Both the position numbers and the translations under genes were made by a program. From Eledone cirrhosa (lineage: Eukaryota), in NCBI GenBank assembly GCA_964016885.1, contig OZ024755.1, forward strand, positions 42,098,001-42,162,000: 64,000 bases of DNA. The letters are read 5' to 3'. Numbering within the stretch: position 1 is the first letter of the stretch; every line of letters starts with the position of its first letter. Below the pieces are notes generated by a model. That model saw only the letters and a program-made list of their open reading frames with translations, made no database searches and was not told where the DNA came from. Below, in pieces: positions 13,101 through 25,100 of the stretch.

Positions 13101-16100
13101 AATGATTCTGTTGGAAAGTGCGGCAGTGTGTTGGAGAGGGGAGTAGTGTGTTGGCGAGGGCAGCAGTGTGTTGGAGATGGCAGTAGTGTTTTGGAGAGGG
13201 TAGCATAGTGTTGGAGCGGGCAGCAGTGTATTGGAAAGGGCAGTAGTGTTTTGGAGAGGGAAGTAGTGTGTTGGAGAGGGCAGTAGTGTACTGGAGAGGG
13301 CAGTAGTGTGCTGGAGAGGGTAGCAGATTGTTGGAGAGTGCAGCAGTTGCGTTGGAGAAGGCAGCAGTGTGTTGGAAAAGGCCGCAGTGTGTTGGAGAGG
13401 GCAGCAGTGTGTTGGAGAGGGTAGTAGTGTGTTGGAGAGGCCAGCAGTGTGTTGGAGAGGTCAGTAGTGTTTTGGAGAGGGCAGTAGTGTGTTAGAGAGG
13501 GCAGTAGTGTGTTGGAGAGGTCAGTAGTGTGTTGGAGAGGACAGCAGTGTGTTGGAGAGGGTAGCAGAGTCGTGGAGAGGGCACCAGTTGTGTTAGAGAG
13601 GGCAGCAGTGTGTTGGAGAGAGCAGCAGTGTGTTGGAGAGGGAATACTGTAGTGTTGGAGAGAACAGCAGTATTTTGGAGAGGGTAGCAGGATGTTGGAG
13701 AGGGCAGTAGTGTTTTGGATAGGGCAGTAGTGTTTTGGAGAGGGCAGCAGGGTGTTGGAGAGGGCATTAGTGTGTTGGAGAGGGCAGCAGTGTGTTGGAC
13801 AGGGCAGCAGTGTGTTGGAGAAGCCAAGAGTGTGTTGGAGATGGCAGTAGTGTGTTGGAGACGACAGCAGTGTATTGGAGAGGGTAGCAGAGTGTTGTAG
13901 AGGGCAGCAGTTGTATTAGAGAGGGCAGCAGTGTGTTGGAGAAGGCAGTAGTGTGTTGGAGAGGGCAGCAGTGTGTTGGAGAGGGCAGCAGTGTTTTGGA
14001 GAGGGCAGCAGAGTGTTGGAGAGGGCAGTAGTGTTTTGGAGAGGGTAGCAGTTGTGTTGAAGAGGGTAGCAGTGTGTTGGAGAGGGAATCAGTGTGTTGG
14101 AGAGGGCAGCAGTGTATTGGAGAGTGTAGCAATGTGTTGGAGAGGGCAGCAGTTATGTTGGAGTGGGCAGCAGTGTGTTGGAGAGGGCAGTAGTGTGTTA
14201 GAGATTGCAGTAGTGTGTAGGAGAGAGCAGTAGTGTGTTGGAGAGGACAGCTGTGTGTTGGATAGGGCGGTAGTGTGTTGGAGAAGGTAGCAGTGTGTTG
14301 GAGAGGGCTGTAGTCTTTTGGAGAGGGCAGCAGTTGTGTTGGAGAGGGTAGCGGAGTGTTGGAGAGGGTAGCCGTGTGTTGGAGAGGCGCAGCAGTGTGT
14401 TGTAGAGGGTAGCAGTGTGTACGATAGGGCAGCAGTTGAGTTGGAGAGGGCAGCAGTGTGTTGGAGAGAACAGCACTGTGTTGGCGAGGGCAGCAGTGTG
14501 TTGGAGAGGGTAGTAGTGTGTTGGAGAGGGTAGTAGTGTGCTGGAGAGGCCAGTAGTGTTTTGGAGAGGGAAGTAGTGTGTTAGAGCGGGCAGTAGTGTG
14601 TTGGAAAGGGCAGTAGTGTGTTGGAGAGGTCAGTAGTTTGTTGTAGAGGTCAGAAGTGTGATGGAGAGGGTAGCAGTGTGTTGGAGAGGGTAGCAGTGTA
14701 TTGGAGAGGAAATGATTCTGTTGGAGAGTGCGGCAGTGTGTTGGTGAGGGGAGTAGTGTGTTGGCGAGGGCAGCAGTGTGTTGGAGATGGCAGTAGTGTT
14801 TTGGAGAGGGTAGCATAGTGTTGGAGCGGGCAGCAGTGTGTTGGAGAGGCGCAGCAGTGTCTTGGAGAGGGTATCAGTGTGTTGGAGAGGGCAGCAGTTG
14901 TGTTGGAGACGGCAACAGTGTGTCGGCGAGGGCAGCAGTGTGTTGGCGAGGGCAGTAGTGTGTTAGAGAGGGCAGCAGTGTGTTGGAGAGGTCAGTAGTG
15001 TGTTCCAGAGGGAATTCTGGTATGTTGGAGAGGGCAGCAGTTATGTTGAAGAGGGCAGCAGTGTATTGGAAAGGGCAGTAGTGTTTTGGAGAGGGAAGTA
15101 GTGTGTTGGAGAGGGCAGTAGTGTACTGGAGAGGGCAGTAGTGTGCTGGAGAGGGTAGCAGATTGTTGGAGAGTGCAGCAGTTGCGTTGGAGAAGGCAGC
15201 AGTGTGTTGGAAAAGGCAGCAGTGTGTTGGAGAGGGCAGCAGTGTGTTGGAGAGGGTAGTAGTGTGTTGGAGAGGCCAGCAGTGTGTTGGAGAGGTCAGT
15301 AGTGTTTTGGAGAGGGCAGTAGTGTGTTAGAGAGGGCAGTAGTGTGTTGGAGAGGTCAGTAGTGTGTTGGAGAGGACAGCAGTGTGGTGGAGAGGGTAGC
15401 AGTGTGTTGGAGAGGGTAGCAGTGTGATGGAGAGGAAATGATTCCTTTGGAGAGGGCGGCAGCGTGTTGGAGAGGGCGGCAGCGTGTTGGAGAGGGCGGC
15501 AGTGTGTTGGAGAGGCAGTAGTGTGTTGGCGAGGGCAGCAGTGTGTTGGAGATGGCAGTAGTGTTTTGGAGAGGGTAGCAGAGTGTTGGAGCGGGCTGCA
15601 GTGTGTTGGAGAGCCGCAGCAGTGTGTTGGAGAGGCGCAGCAGTGTCTTGGAGAGGGCAGCAGTTATGTTGGAGAGGGCAGTAGTGTGTTGGAGAGGGAA
15701 TTCTGGTGTGTTGGAGAGGGCAGCAGTGTGTTGGATAGGGCGGTACTGTGTTGGAGAAGGCAGCATTGTGTTGGAGAGGGCAGTAGTGTTTTGGATACGG
15801 CAGCAGTGTGTTGGAGAGGGAAGCAGTGTGTTGTCGGAGAGGGCAGAAGTTGTGTTGGAGGGGCAGCAGTGTGTTGGAGAGGGCAGCACTGTGTTGGCGA
15901 GGGCAGCAGTGTGTTGGAGAGGGCAGTAGTGTGTTGGAGAGGGCAGTAGTGTGTTGTAGAGGGCAGTAGTGTGTTGGAGAGGGCAGCGGTGTGTTGGCGA
16001 GGTCAGTATAGTGTTGGAGAGGGCAGCAGTGTGTTGGAGAGGTCAGTAGTATGTTGGCGAGGGCTGTGTGTGTTGGAGAGAGCAGCAGTGTGTTGGAGAG

Positions 16101-19100
16101 GGTAGCATTGCGTTGGAGAGGGAATTCTGGTGTGTTGGAGAGGGCAGCAGTGTTTTGGAGAGAGTAGTAGTGTGTTGGAGATGGTAGCAGAGTGTTGGAG
16201 AGGGCAGCGGTTTTGTTGGAGAGGGCAGCAGTTTGTTGGTGAGGGGAGAATTGTGTTGGAGAGGGCAGTAATGTGTTGGAGAGGGCAGCAGTATGTTGGA
16301 GAGGGCAGCAGTTCTATTAGAGAGGGCAGCAGTATGTTGGAGAGGGCAGCAATGCGGTGAAGAGGGCAGTAGTGTGTTGCGGAGGGCAGCAGTGTGTTGG
16401 AGAGGGCAGTAGTGTGTTGGAGAGGGCAGCAGTGTGTTGGAGAGAGCAGCAGTGTGTTGGCGAGGGCAGTAGTTTGTTGGAGAGAGTAGCAGTGTGTTGG
16501 AGAGGACAGTAGTGTTTTCGAGAGGGTAGCAGTGTGTTGGATAGGGCAGTAGTGTGATGGAGAGGGCAGTAATGTGTTGGAGAGTGGAGCAGTGTGTTGG
16601 AGAGGGGAGTAATGTTTTGGAGAGGGCAACACTGTGTTGGAGAGGGTAGCAGAGTCTTGGAGAGGGCAACAGTTGTGTTGGAGAGGACAGCAGTGTATTG
16701 GAGAGGGTAGCAGTGTGTTGGAGAGGGCAGCAGTTGTGTTGGAGAGGGCAGCAGTTGTGTTGGAGAGGGCAGCAGTGTGTTGGAGAGGGTAGCAGTGCGT
16801 TGGAGAGGGAATGCTGCTGTGTTGGAGAGGGCAGCAGTGTTTTGGAGAGAGTAGTAGTGTGTTGGAGATGGTAGCAGAGTGTTGGAGAGGGCAGCGGTTG
16901 TATTGGAGAGGGCAGCAGTTTGTTGGAGAGGGGAGCAGTGTGTTGGAGAGGGCAGTAATGTGTTGGAGAGGGCAGCAGTATCTTGGACAGGGCAGCAGTT
17001 CTATTAGAGAGGGCAGCAGTATGTTGGAGATGGCAGCAATGCGGTAAAGAAGGCAGTAATGTGTTGGAGAGTGGAGCAGTATGTTGGAGAGGGGAGTAAT
17101 ATTTTGGAGAGGGCAACACTGTGTTGGAGAGGGTAGCAGAGTCTTGGAGAGGGCAACAGTTGTGTTGGAGAGGACAGCAGTGTATTGGAGAGGGTAGCAG
17201 TGTGTTGGAGAGGGCAGCAGTTGTTTTGGGGAGGGCAGCAGTTGTGTTGGAGAGGGTAGCAGTGCGTTGGAGAGGGAATGCTGGTGTGTTGGAGAGGGCA
17301 GCAGTGTTTTGGAGAGAGTAGTAGTGTGTTGGAGATAGTAACAGAATGTTGGAGAGGGCAGCGGTTGTATTGGAGAGGGCAGCAGTTTGTTGGAGAGGGG
17401 AGCAGTGTGTTGGAGAGGGCAGTAATGTGTTCGTGAGGGCAGCAGTATCTTGGACAGGGCAGCAGTTCTATTAGAGAGGGCAGCAGTATGTTGGAGATGG
17501 CAGCAATGCGGTAAAGAAGGCAGTAATGTGTTGGAGAGGGTAGCAGTGTGTTGGAGAGGGCAGTAATGTGTTGGTGAGGGCAGCAGTATCTTGGACAGGG
17601 CAGCAGTTCTATTAGAGAGGGCAGCAGTATGTTGGAGAGGGCAGCAATGCGGTGAAGAGGGCAATAATGTGTTGGAGTGGGTAGCAGTGTGTTGGAGACG
17701 GGATTAGTGTATTGGAGAAGGCAGCAGTGTGTTGGAGAGGACAGTAGTGTGTTGGAGAGGGAATTAGTGTGTTGGAGAGGGCAGCAGTGTGTTGGAGACG
17801 GGATTAGTGTGTTGGAGAAGGCAGTAGTGTGTTTGAGAGGACAGTAGTGTGTTGGAGAGGGAATTAGTGTGTTGGAGAGGGCAGCAGTGTTTTGGAGACG
17901 GGATTAGTGTGTTGGAGAAGGCAGCAGTGTGTTGGAGAGAACAGTAGTTTGTTGGAGAGGGCAGTTGTATTAGAGAAGGTAGCAGTATGTTGGAGAGGGC
18001 AGCAGTGCGGTGGAGAGGGCAGTAGTCTGTTGGAGAGAGTAGCAGTGTGTTGGAGAGGACAGTAGTGTTTTCGAGAGGGTAGCAGTGTGTTGGATAGGGC
18101 AGTAGTGTGATGGAGAGGGCAGTAATGTGTTGGAGAGTGGAGCAGTGTGTTGGAGAGGGGAGTAATGTTTTGGAGAGGGCAACACTGTGTTGGAGAGGGT
18201 AGCAGAGTCTTGGAGAGGGCAACAGTTGTGTTGGAGAGGACAGCAGTGTATTAGAGAGGGTAGCAGTGTGTTGGAGAGGGCAGCAGTTGTGTTGGAGAGG
18301 GCAGCAGTTGTGTTGGAGAGGGTAGCAGTGCGTTGGAGAGGGAATGCTGGTGTGTTGGAGAGGGCAGCAGTGTTTTGGAGAGAGTAGTAGTGTGTTGGAG
18401 ATGGTAGCAGAATGTTGGAGAGGGCAGCGGTTGTATTGGAGAGGGCAGCAGTTTGTTGGAGAGGGGAGCAGTGTGTTGGAGAGGGCAGTAATGTGTTGGT
18501 GAGGGCAGCAGTATCTTGGACAGGGCAGCAGTTCTATTAGAGAGGGCAGCAGTATCTTGGACAGGGCAGCAATGCGGTGAAGAGGGCAATAATGTGTTGG
18601 AGTGGGTAGCAGTGTGTTGGAGAGGGCAGTAGTGTGTTGCGGAGGGCAGCAGTGTGTTGGAGAGGGCAGTAGTGTGTTGGAGAGGGCAGCAGTGTGTTGG
18701 AGAGGGCAGCAGTGTGTTGGCGAGGGCAGTAGTTTGTTGGAGAGGGTAGCAGTGTGTAGGAGAGGTCAGTAGTGTGTTAGAGAGGGTAGCAGTGTGTTGG
18801 ATAGGGCAGTAGTGTGATGGAGAGGGCAGTAATGTGTTGGAGAGTGGAGCAATGTTTTGGAGATGGGAGTAATGTGTTGGAGAGGGCAACACTGTGTTGG
18901 AGAGGGTAGCAGAGTCTTGGAGAGGGCAACAGTTGTGTTAGAGAGGGCAGCAGTGTGTTGGAGAGGGCAGCAGTGTGTTGGAGAGGGCAGCAGTGTGTTG
19001 GAGAGGGCAGCAGTGTGTTGGAGAGGGCAGCAGTGTGTTGGAGAGGGCAGCAGTGTTTTGGAGAGGGTAGCAGTTGTATTAGAGAGGGCAGTAGGTTGTT

Positions 19101-22100
19101 GGAGAGGGTAGTAGTGTGTTGGAGAGGGCAGCAGTCTGTTGGAGAGGGCAGGAGTGTGTTGGAGAGGGCAGGATTGTGTTGGAGAAGGCAGTAGTGTGTT
19201 GGAGAGGGCAGTAGTGTGTTGGAGAGGACAGCAGTGTGTTGGAGAGGACAGCAATGTGTTGGAGAGGGCAGTAGTGATTTGGAGAGGGCAGTAGTGTATA
19301 TGAGAGGAAATACTGGTTTGTTGCTGAGGGCAGCATTGTTTTGGAGAGAGTAATATTGTGTAGGAGAGTGTAGCAGTGTATTGGAGCAGGCAGCAGTGTG
19401 TTGGATAAGGCACCAGTGTGTTGGAGAGAGCAGCAGTGTATTGGAGAGGCTAGCAGTGTGTTGGAGAGGGCAGCAGTTATGTTGGAGAGGGCAGCATTGT
19501 ATTGGAGAGGGCAGCAGTGTGTTGGAGAGGGCAGTAGTGTGTTGGAGAGTGTAGCAGTGTGTTGGAGAGGTCAGCAGTGTGTTGGAGAGGGCAGCAGTGT
19601 GTTTGAAAGGGAATACTGGTGTGTTGGAGAGTGCAGCAGTGGGTTGGAGAGGTCAGCAGTGTGTTGGAGAGGGCTGTAGTGTGTTGGAGAGGGGAGTAAT
19701 GTGTTGGTGGAAAAGGCAGCAGTGTGTTGGAGAGGGCAGCAGTGTTTTGGAGAGGAAATACTGGTGTGTTGGAGAGGGCAGCATTGTTCTGGAGAGAGTA
19801 ATATTGTGTAGGAGAGAGTAGTAGAGTGTTGGAGAGGGCATCAGTTGTGTTGGAGAGGGCAGCAGTGTGTTGGAGAGGGCAGTAATGTGTTGTAGAGGGC
19901 AGCAGTGTGTTGGAGAGCGCAGTAGTGTTTTGGAGAGGGCAGCAGTTTGTTGAAGAGGGTAGTACTGTGTTGGAGAGGGCAGTAGTGTGTTTGAGAGGGC
20001 AGTAGTGTGTTGGAGAGGGAATTAGTGTGTTGGAGAGGGCACCAGTGTGTTGGAGACGGGATTAGTGTATTGGAGAAGGCAGCAGTGTGTTGGAGAGGAC
20101 AGTAGTGTGTTGGAGAGGGAATTAGTGTGTTGGAGAGGGCAGCAGTGTGTTGGAGACGGGATTAGTGTGTTGGAGAAGGCAGTAGTGTGTTTGAGAGGGC
20201 AGTAGTGTGTTGGAGAGGGAATTAGTGTGTTGGAGAGGGCAGCAGTGTGTTGGAGACGGGATTAGTGTGTTGGAGAAGGCAGCAGTGTGTTGGAGAGGAC
20301 AGTAGTTTGTTGGAGAGGGCAGTTGTTGTATTAGAGAAGGTAGCAGTATGTTGGAGAGGGCAGCAGTGCGGTGGAGAGGGCAGTAGTCTGTTGGAGAGAG
20401 TAGCAGTGTGTTGGAGAGGACAGTAGTGTTTTCGAGAGGGTAGCAGTGTGTTGGATAGGGCAGTAGTGTGATGGAGAGGGCAGTAATGTGTTGGAGAGTG
20501 GAGCAGTGTGTTGGAGAGGGTAGTAATGTTTTGGAGAGGGCAACACTGTGTTGGAGAGGGTAGCAGAGTCTTGGAGAGGGCAACAGTTGTGTTGGAGAGG
20601 ACAGCAGTGTATTGGAGAGGGTAGCAGTGTGTTGGAGAGGGCAGCAGTTGTGTTGGAGAGGGCAGCAGTTGTGTTGGAGAGGGTAGCAGTGCGTTGGAGA
20701 GGGAATGCTGGTGTGTTGGAGAGGGCAGCAGTGTTTTGGAGAGAGTAGTAGTGTGTTGGAGATGGTAGCAGAATGTTGGAGAGGGCAGCGGTTGTATTGG
20801 AGAGGGCAGCAGTTTGTTGGAGAGGGGAGCAGTGTGTTGGAGAGGGCAGTAATGTGTTGGTGAGGGCAGCAGTATCTTGGACAGGGCAGCAGTTCTATTA
20901 GAGAGGGCAGCTGTATGTTGGAGATGGCAGCAATGCGGTAAAGAAGGCAGTAATGTGTTGGAGAGGGTAGCAGTGTGTTGGAGAGGGCAGTAATGTGTTG
21001 GTGAGGGCAGCAGTATCTTGGACAGGGCAGCAGTTCTATTAGAGAGGGCAGCAGTATGTTGGAGAGGGCAGCAATGCGGTGAAGAGGGCAATAATGTGTT
21101 GGAGTGGGTAGCAGTGTGTTGGAGAGGGCAGTAGTGTGTTGCGGAGGGCAGCAGTGTGTTGGAGAGGGCAGTAGTGTGTTGGAGAGGGCAGCAGTGTGTT
21201 GGAGAGGGCAGCAGTGTGTTGGCGAGGGCAGTAGTTTGTTGGAGAGGGTAGCAGTGTGTTGGAGAGGGCAGCACTGAGTTTGAGAGGTCAGTAGTGTGTT
21301 AGAGAGGGTAGCAGTGTGTTGGATAGGGCAGTAGTGTGATGGAGAGGGCAGTAATGTGTTGGAGAGTGGAGCAATGTTTTGGAGATGGGAGTAATGTGTT
21401 GGAGAGGGCAACACTGTGTTGGAGAGGGTAGCAGAGTCTTGGAGAGGGCAACAGTTGTGTTAGAGAGGGCAGCAGTGTGTTGGAGAGGGCAGCAGTGTGT
21501 TGGAGAGGGCAGCAGTGTGTTGGAGAGGGCAGCAGTGTTTTGGAGAGGGTAGCAGTTGTATTAGAGAGGGCAGTAGGTTGTTGGAGAGGGTAGTAGTGTG
21601 TTGGAGAGGGCAGCAGTGTGTTGGAGAGGGCAGGAGTGTGTTGGAGAAGGCAGTAGTGTGTTGGAGAGGGCAGCAGTGTGTTGGAGAGGACAGCAATGTG
21701 TTGGAGAGGGCAGTAGTGAGTTGGAGAGGGCAGTAGTGTAAATGAGAGGAAATACTGGTTTGTTGCTGAGGGCAGCATTGTTTTGGAGAGAGTAATATTG
21801 TGTAGGAGAGTGTAGCAGTGTATTGGAGCAGGCAGCAGTGTGTTGGATAAGGCACCAGTGTGTTGGAGAGAGCAGCAGTGTATTGGAGAGGCTAGCAGTG
21901 TGTTGGAGAGGGCAGCAGTTATGTTGGAGAGGGCAGCAGTGTATTGGAGAGGGCAGCAGTGTGTTGGAGAGGGCAGTAGTGTGTTGGAGAGTGTAGCAGT
22001 GTGTTGGAGAGGTCAGCAGTGTGTTGGAGAGGGCAGCAGTGTGTTTGAGAGGGAATACTGGTGTGTTGGAGAGTGCAGCAGTGGGTTGGAGAGGTCAGCA

Positions 22101-25100
22101 GTGTGTTGGAGAGGGCTGTAGTGTGTTGGAGAGGGGAGTAATGTGTTGGTGGAAAAGGCAGCAGTGTGTTGGAGAGGGCAGCAGTGTTTTGGAGAGGAAA
22201 TACTGGTGTGTTGGAGAGGGCAGCATTGTTCTGGAGAGAGTAATATTGTGTAGGAGAGAGTAGTAGAGTGTTGGAGAGGGCATCAGTTGTGTTGGAGAGG
22301 GCAGCAGTGTGTTGGAGAGGGCAGTAATGTGTTGTAGAGGGCAGCAGTGTGTTGGAGAGCGCAGTAGTGTTTTGGAGAGGGCAGCAGTTTGTTGAAGAGG
22401 GTAGTACTGTGTTGGAGAGGGCAGTAGTGTGTTTGAGAGGGCAGTAGTGTGTTGGAGAGGGAATTAGTGTGTTGGAGAGGGCACCAGTGTGTTGGAGACG
22501 GGATTAGTGTATTGGAGAGGGCAGCAGTGTGTTGGAGAGGACAGTAGTGTGTTGGAGAGGGAATTAGTGTGTTGGAGAGGGCAGCAGTGTGTTGGAGACG
22601 GGATTAGTGTGTTGGAGAAGGCAGTAGTGTGTTTGAGAGGGTAGTAGTGTGTTGGAGAGGGAATTAGTGTGTTGGAGAGGGCAGCAGTGTGTTGGAGACG
22701 GGATTAGTGTGTTGGAGAAGGCAGCAGTGTGTTGGAGAGGACAGTAGTTTGTTGGAGAGGGCAGTTGTTGTATTAGAGAAGGTAGCAGTATGTTGGAGAG
22801 GGCAGCAGTGCGGTGGAGAGGGCAGTAGTCTGTTGGAGAGGGTAGCAGTGTGTTGGAGAGGGCAGTAGTGTGTTGGGGAGGGCAACAGTGTGTTGGAGAG
22901 GGCAGTAGTGTCTTGGAGAGGGCAGCAGTGTGTTGGAGAGGGCAGCAGTGTGTTGGAGAGGACAGCAATGTGTTGGAGAGGGCAGTAGTGAGTTGGAGAG
23001 GGCAGCAGTGTGTTGGAGAGGAAATACTGGTGTGTTGCTGAGGGCAGCATTGTTTTGGAGAGAGTAATATTGTGTAGGAGAGGGTAGCAGTGTATTGGAT
23101 AAGGCACCAGTGTGTTGGAGAGGGCAGCAGTGTATTGGAGAGGCTAGCAGTGTGTTGGAGAGGGCAGCAGTTATGTTGGAGAGGGCAGCAGTGTATTGGA
23201 GAGGGCAGTAGTGTGTTGGAGAGTGTAGCAGTGTGTTGGAGATGGCAGGGCTGTTTTGGAGAGGGTAGCAGAATGTTGGAGGGGGCAGCAGTTGTGTTGG
23301 AGAGGGCAGCAGTGTGTTTGAGAGGGAATACTGGTGTGTTGGAGAGTGCAGCAGTGGGTTGGAGAGGTCAGCAGTTATGTTGGAGAGGGTAGCAGTGTTT
23401 TGGAGAGGAAATACTGGTGTGTTGGAGAGGGCAGCATTGTTTTGGAGAGAGTAATATTGTGTAGGAGAGGGTAGCAGAGTGTTGGAGAGGGCATTAGTTG
23501 TGTTGGAGAGGGCAGCAGTGTGTTGGAGAGGGCAGTAATGTGTTGTAGAGGGCAGCAGTGTGTTGGAGAGCGCAGTAGTGTTTTGGAGAGGGCAGCAGTG
23601 TGTTGAAGAAGGTAGTACTGTGTTGGAGAGGGCAGTAGTGTGTTTGGGAGGGCAGTAGTGTGTTGGAGAGGGAATTAGTGTGTTGGAGAGGGCAGCAGTG
23701 TGTTGGAGACGGGATTAGTGTGTTGGAGAAGGCAGCAGTGTGTTGGAGAGGACAGTAGTTTGTTGGAGAGGGCAGTTGTTGTATTAGAGAAGGCAGCAGT
23801 ATGTTGGAGAGGGCAGCAGTGCGGTGGAGAGGGCAGTAGTGTGTTGGAGAGGGTAGCAGTGTGTTGGAGAGGGCAGTAGTGTGTTGGGGAGGGCAGCAGT
23901 GTGTTGCAGAGGGCAGTAGTGTCTTGGAGAGGGCAGCAGTGTGTTGGTGAGGGCAGTAGTTTGTTGGAGAGGGTAGCAGTTGTTGGAGAGGGTAGCAGTG
24001 TGTTGGCGAGAGCAGCAGTGGGTTGGAGAGGGCAGTAGTGTGTTCGAGAAGGTAGCAGTGTGTTGGAGAGGGCAGTAGTGTGTTGGAGAGTGCAGTAATG
24101 TGTTGGAGAGGGGAGTAGTGTGTTGGAGAGGGCAACAGTGTGTTGGAGAGGGTAGCAGAGTCTTGGAGAGGGCAGCAGTTGTGTTAGAGAGGGCAGCAGT
24201 GTGTTAGAGAGGGCAGCAGTGTGTTGGAGAGGGCAGCAGTGTGTTGCAGAGGGAATACTGTTTTTTTGGAGAGGGCAACAGTGTGTTGGAGAGGGTAGCA
24301 GGATGTTGGAGAGGGCAGTAGTGTTTTGGAGAGGGCAGCAGTTGTATTAGAGAGGACAGCAGTGTATTGGAGAGGGCAGTTGTGTGTTGGAGAGGGCAGC
24401 AGTGTGTTGGAGAGGGCAGCAGTGTGTTGGAGCGGGAATATTGGTGTTTTGGAGAGGGCAGCAGTGTGTTGGAGAGGGCAGTAGTGTGTTGGAGAGGGCA
24501 GCAGTGTGTTGGAGAGGGCAGTATTGTGTTGGAGACGGCAGCAGTGTGTTGGAGAGGCTAGCAGAGTGTTGGAGAGGACAGCAGTTGTATTACAGAGGGC
24601 AGCAGTGTGTTGGAAAAGGCAGCAGTGTGTTGGAGAGGGCAGCAGTGTGTTGGAGAGGGCAGCAGTGTGTTGGAGAGGGCAGCAATGTGTTGGAGAGGGC
24701 AGTAGTGAGTTGGAGAGGGTAGCAATATGTTGGAGAGGGCAGCAGTTATGTTGGAGAGGGCAGAAGTGTATTGTAGAGGGCAGCAGAGTTTTGGAGAGGG
24801 CAGTAATGTGTTGGAGAGGGTAGCAGTGTGTTGGAGATGGCAGGACGGTTTTGGAGAGGGTAGCAGAATTTTGGAGAGGGTAGCAGTTGTGTTGGAGAGG
24901 GCAGCAGTGTGTTGGAGAGGGCAGCAATGTGTTGGAGAGGGCAGTAATGAGTAGAAGAGGGTAGCAATGTGTTGGAGAGGGCAGCAGTGTATTGGAGAGG
25001 GAAGCAGTGTGTTGGAGAGGACAGCAATGTGTTGGAGAGGGTAGTAGTGAGTTGGAGAGGGCAGCAGTGTGTTGGAGAGGAAATACTGGTGTGTTGCTGA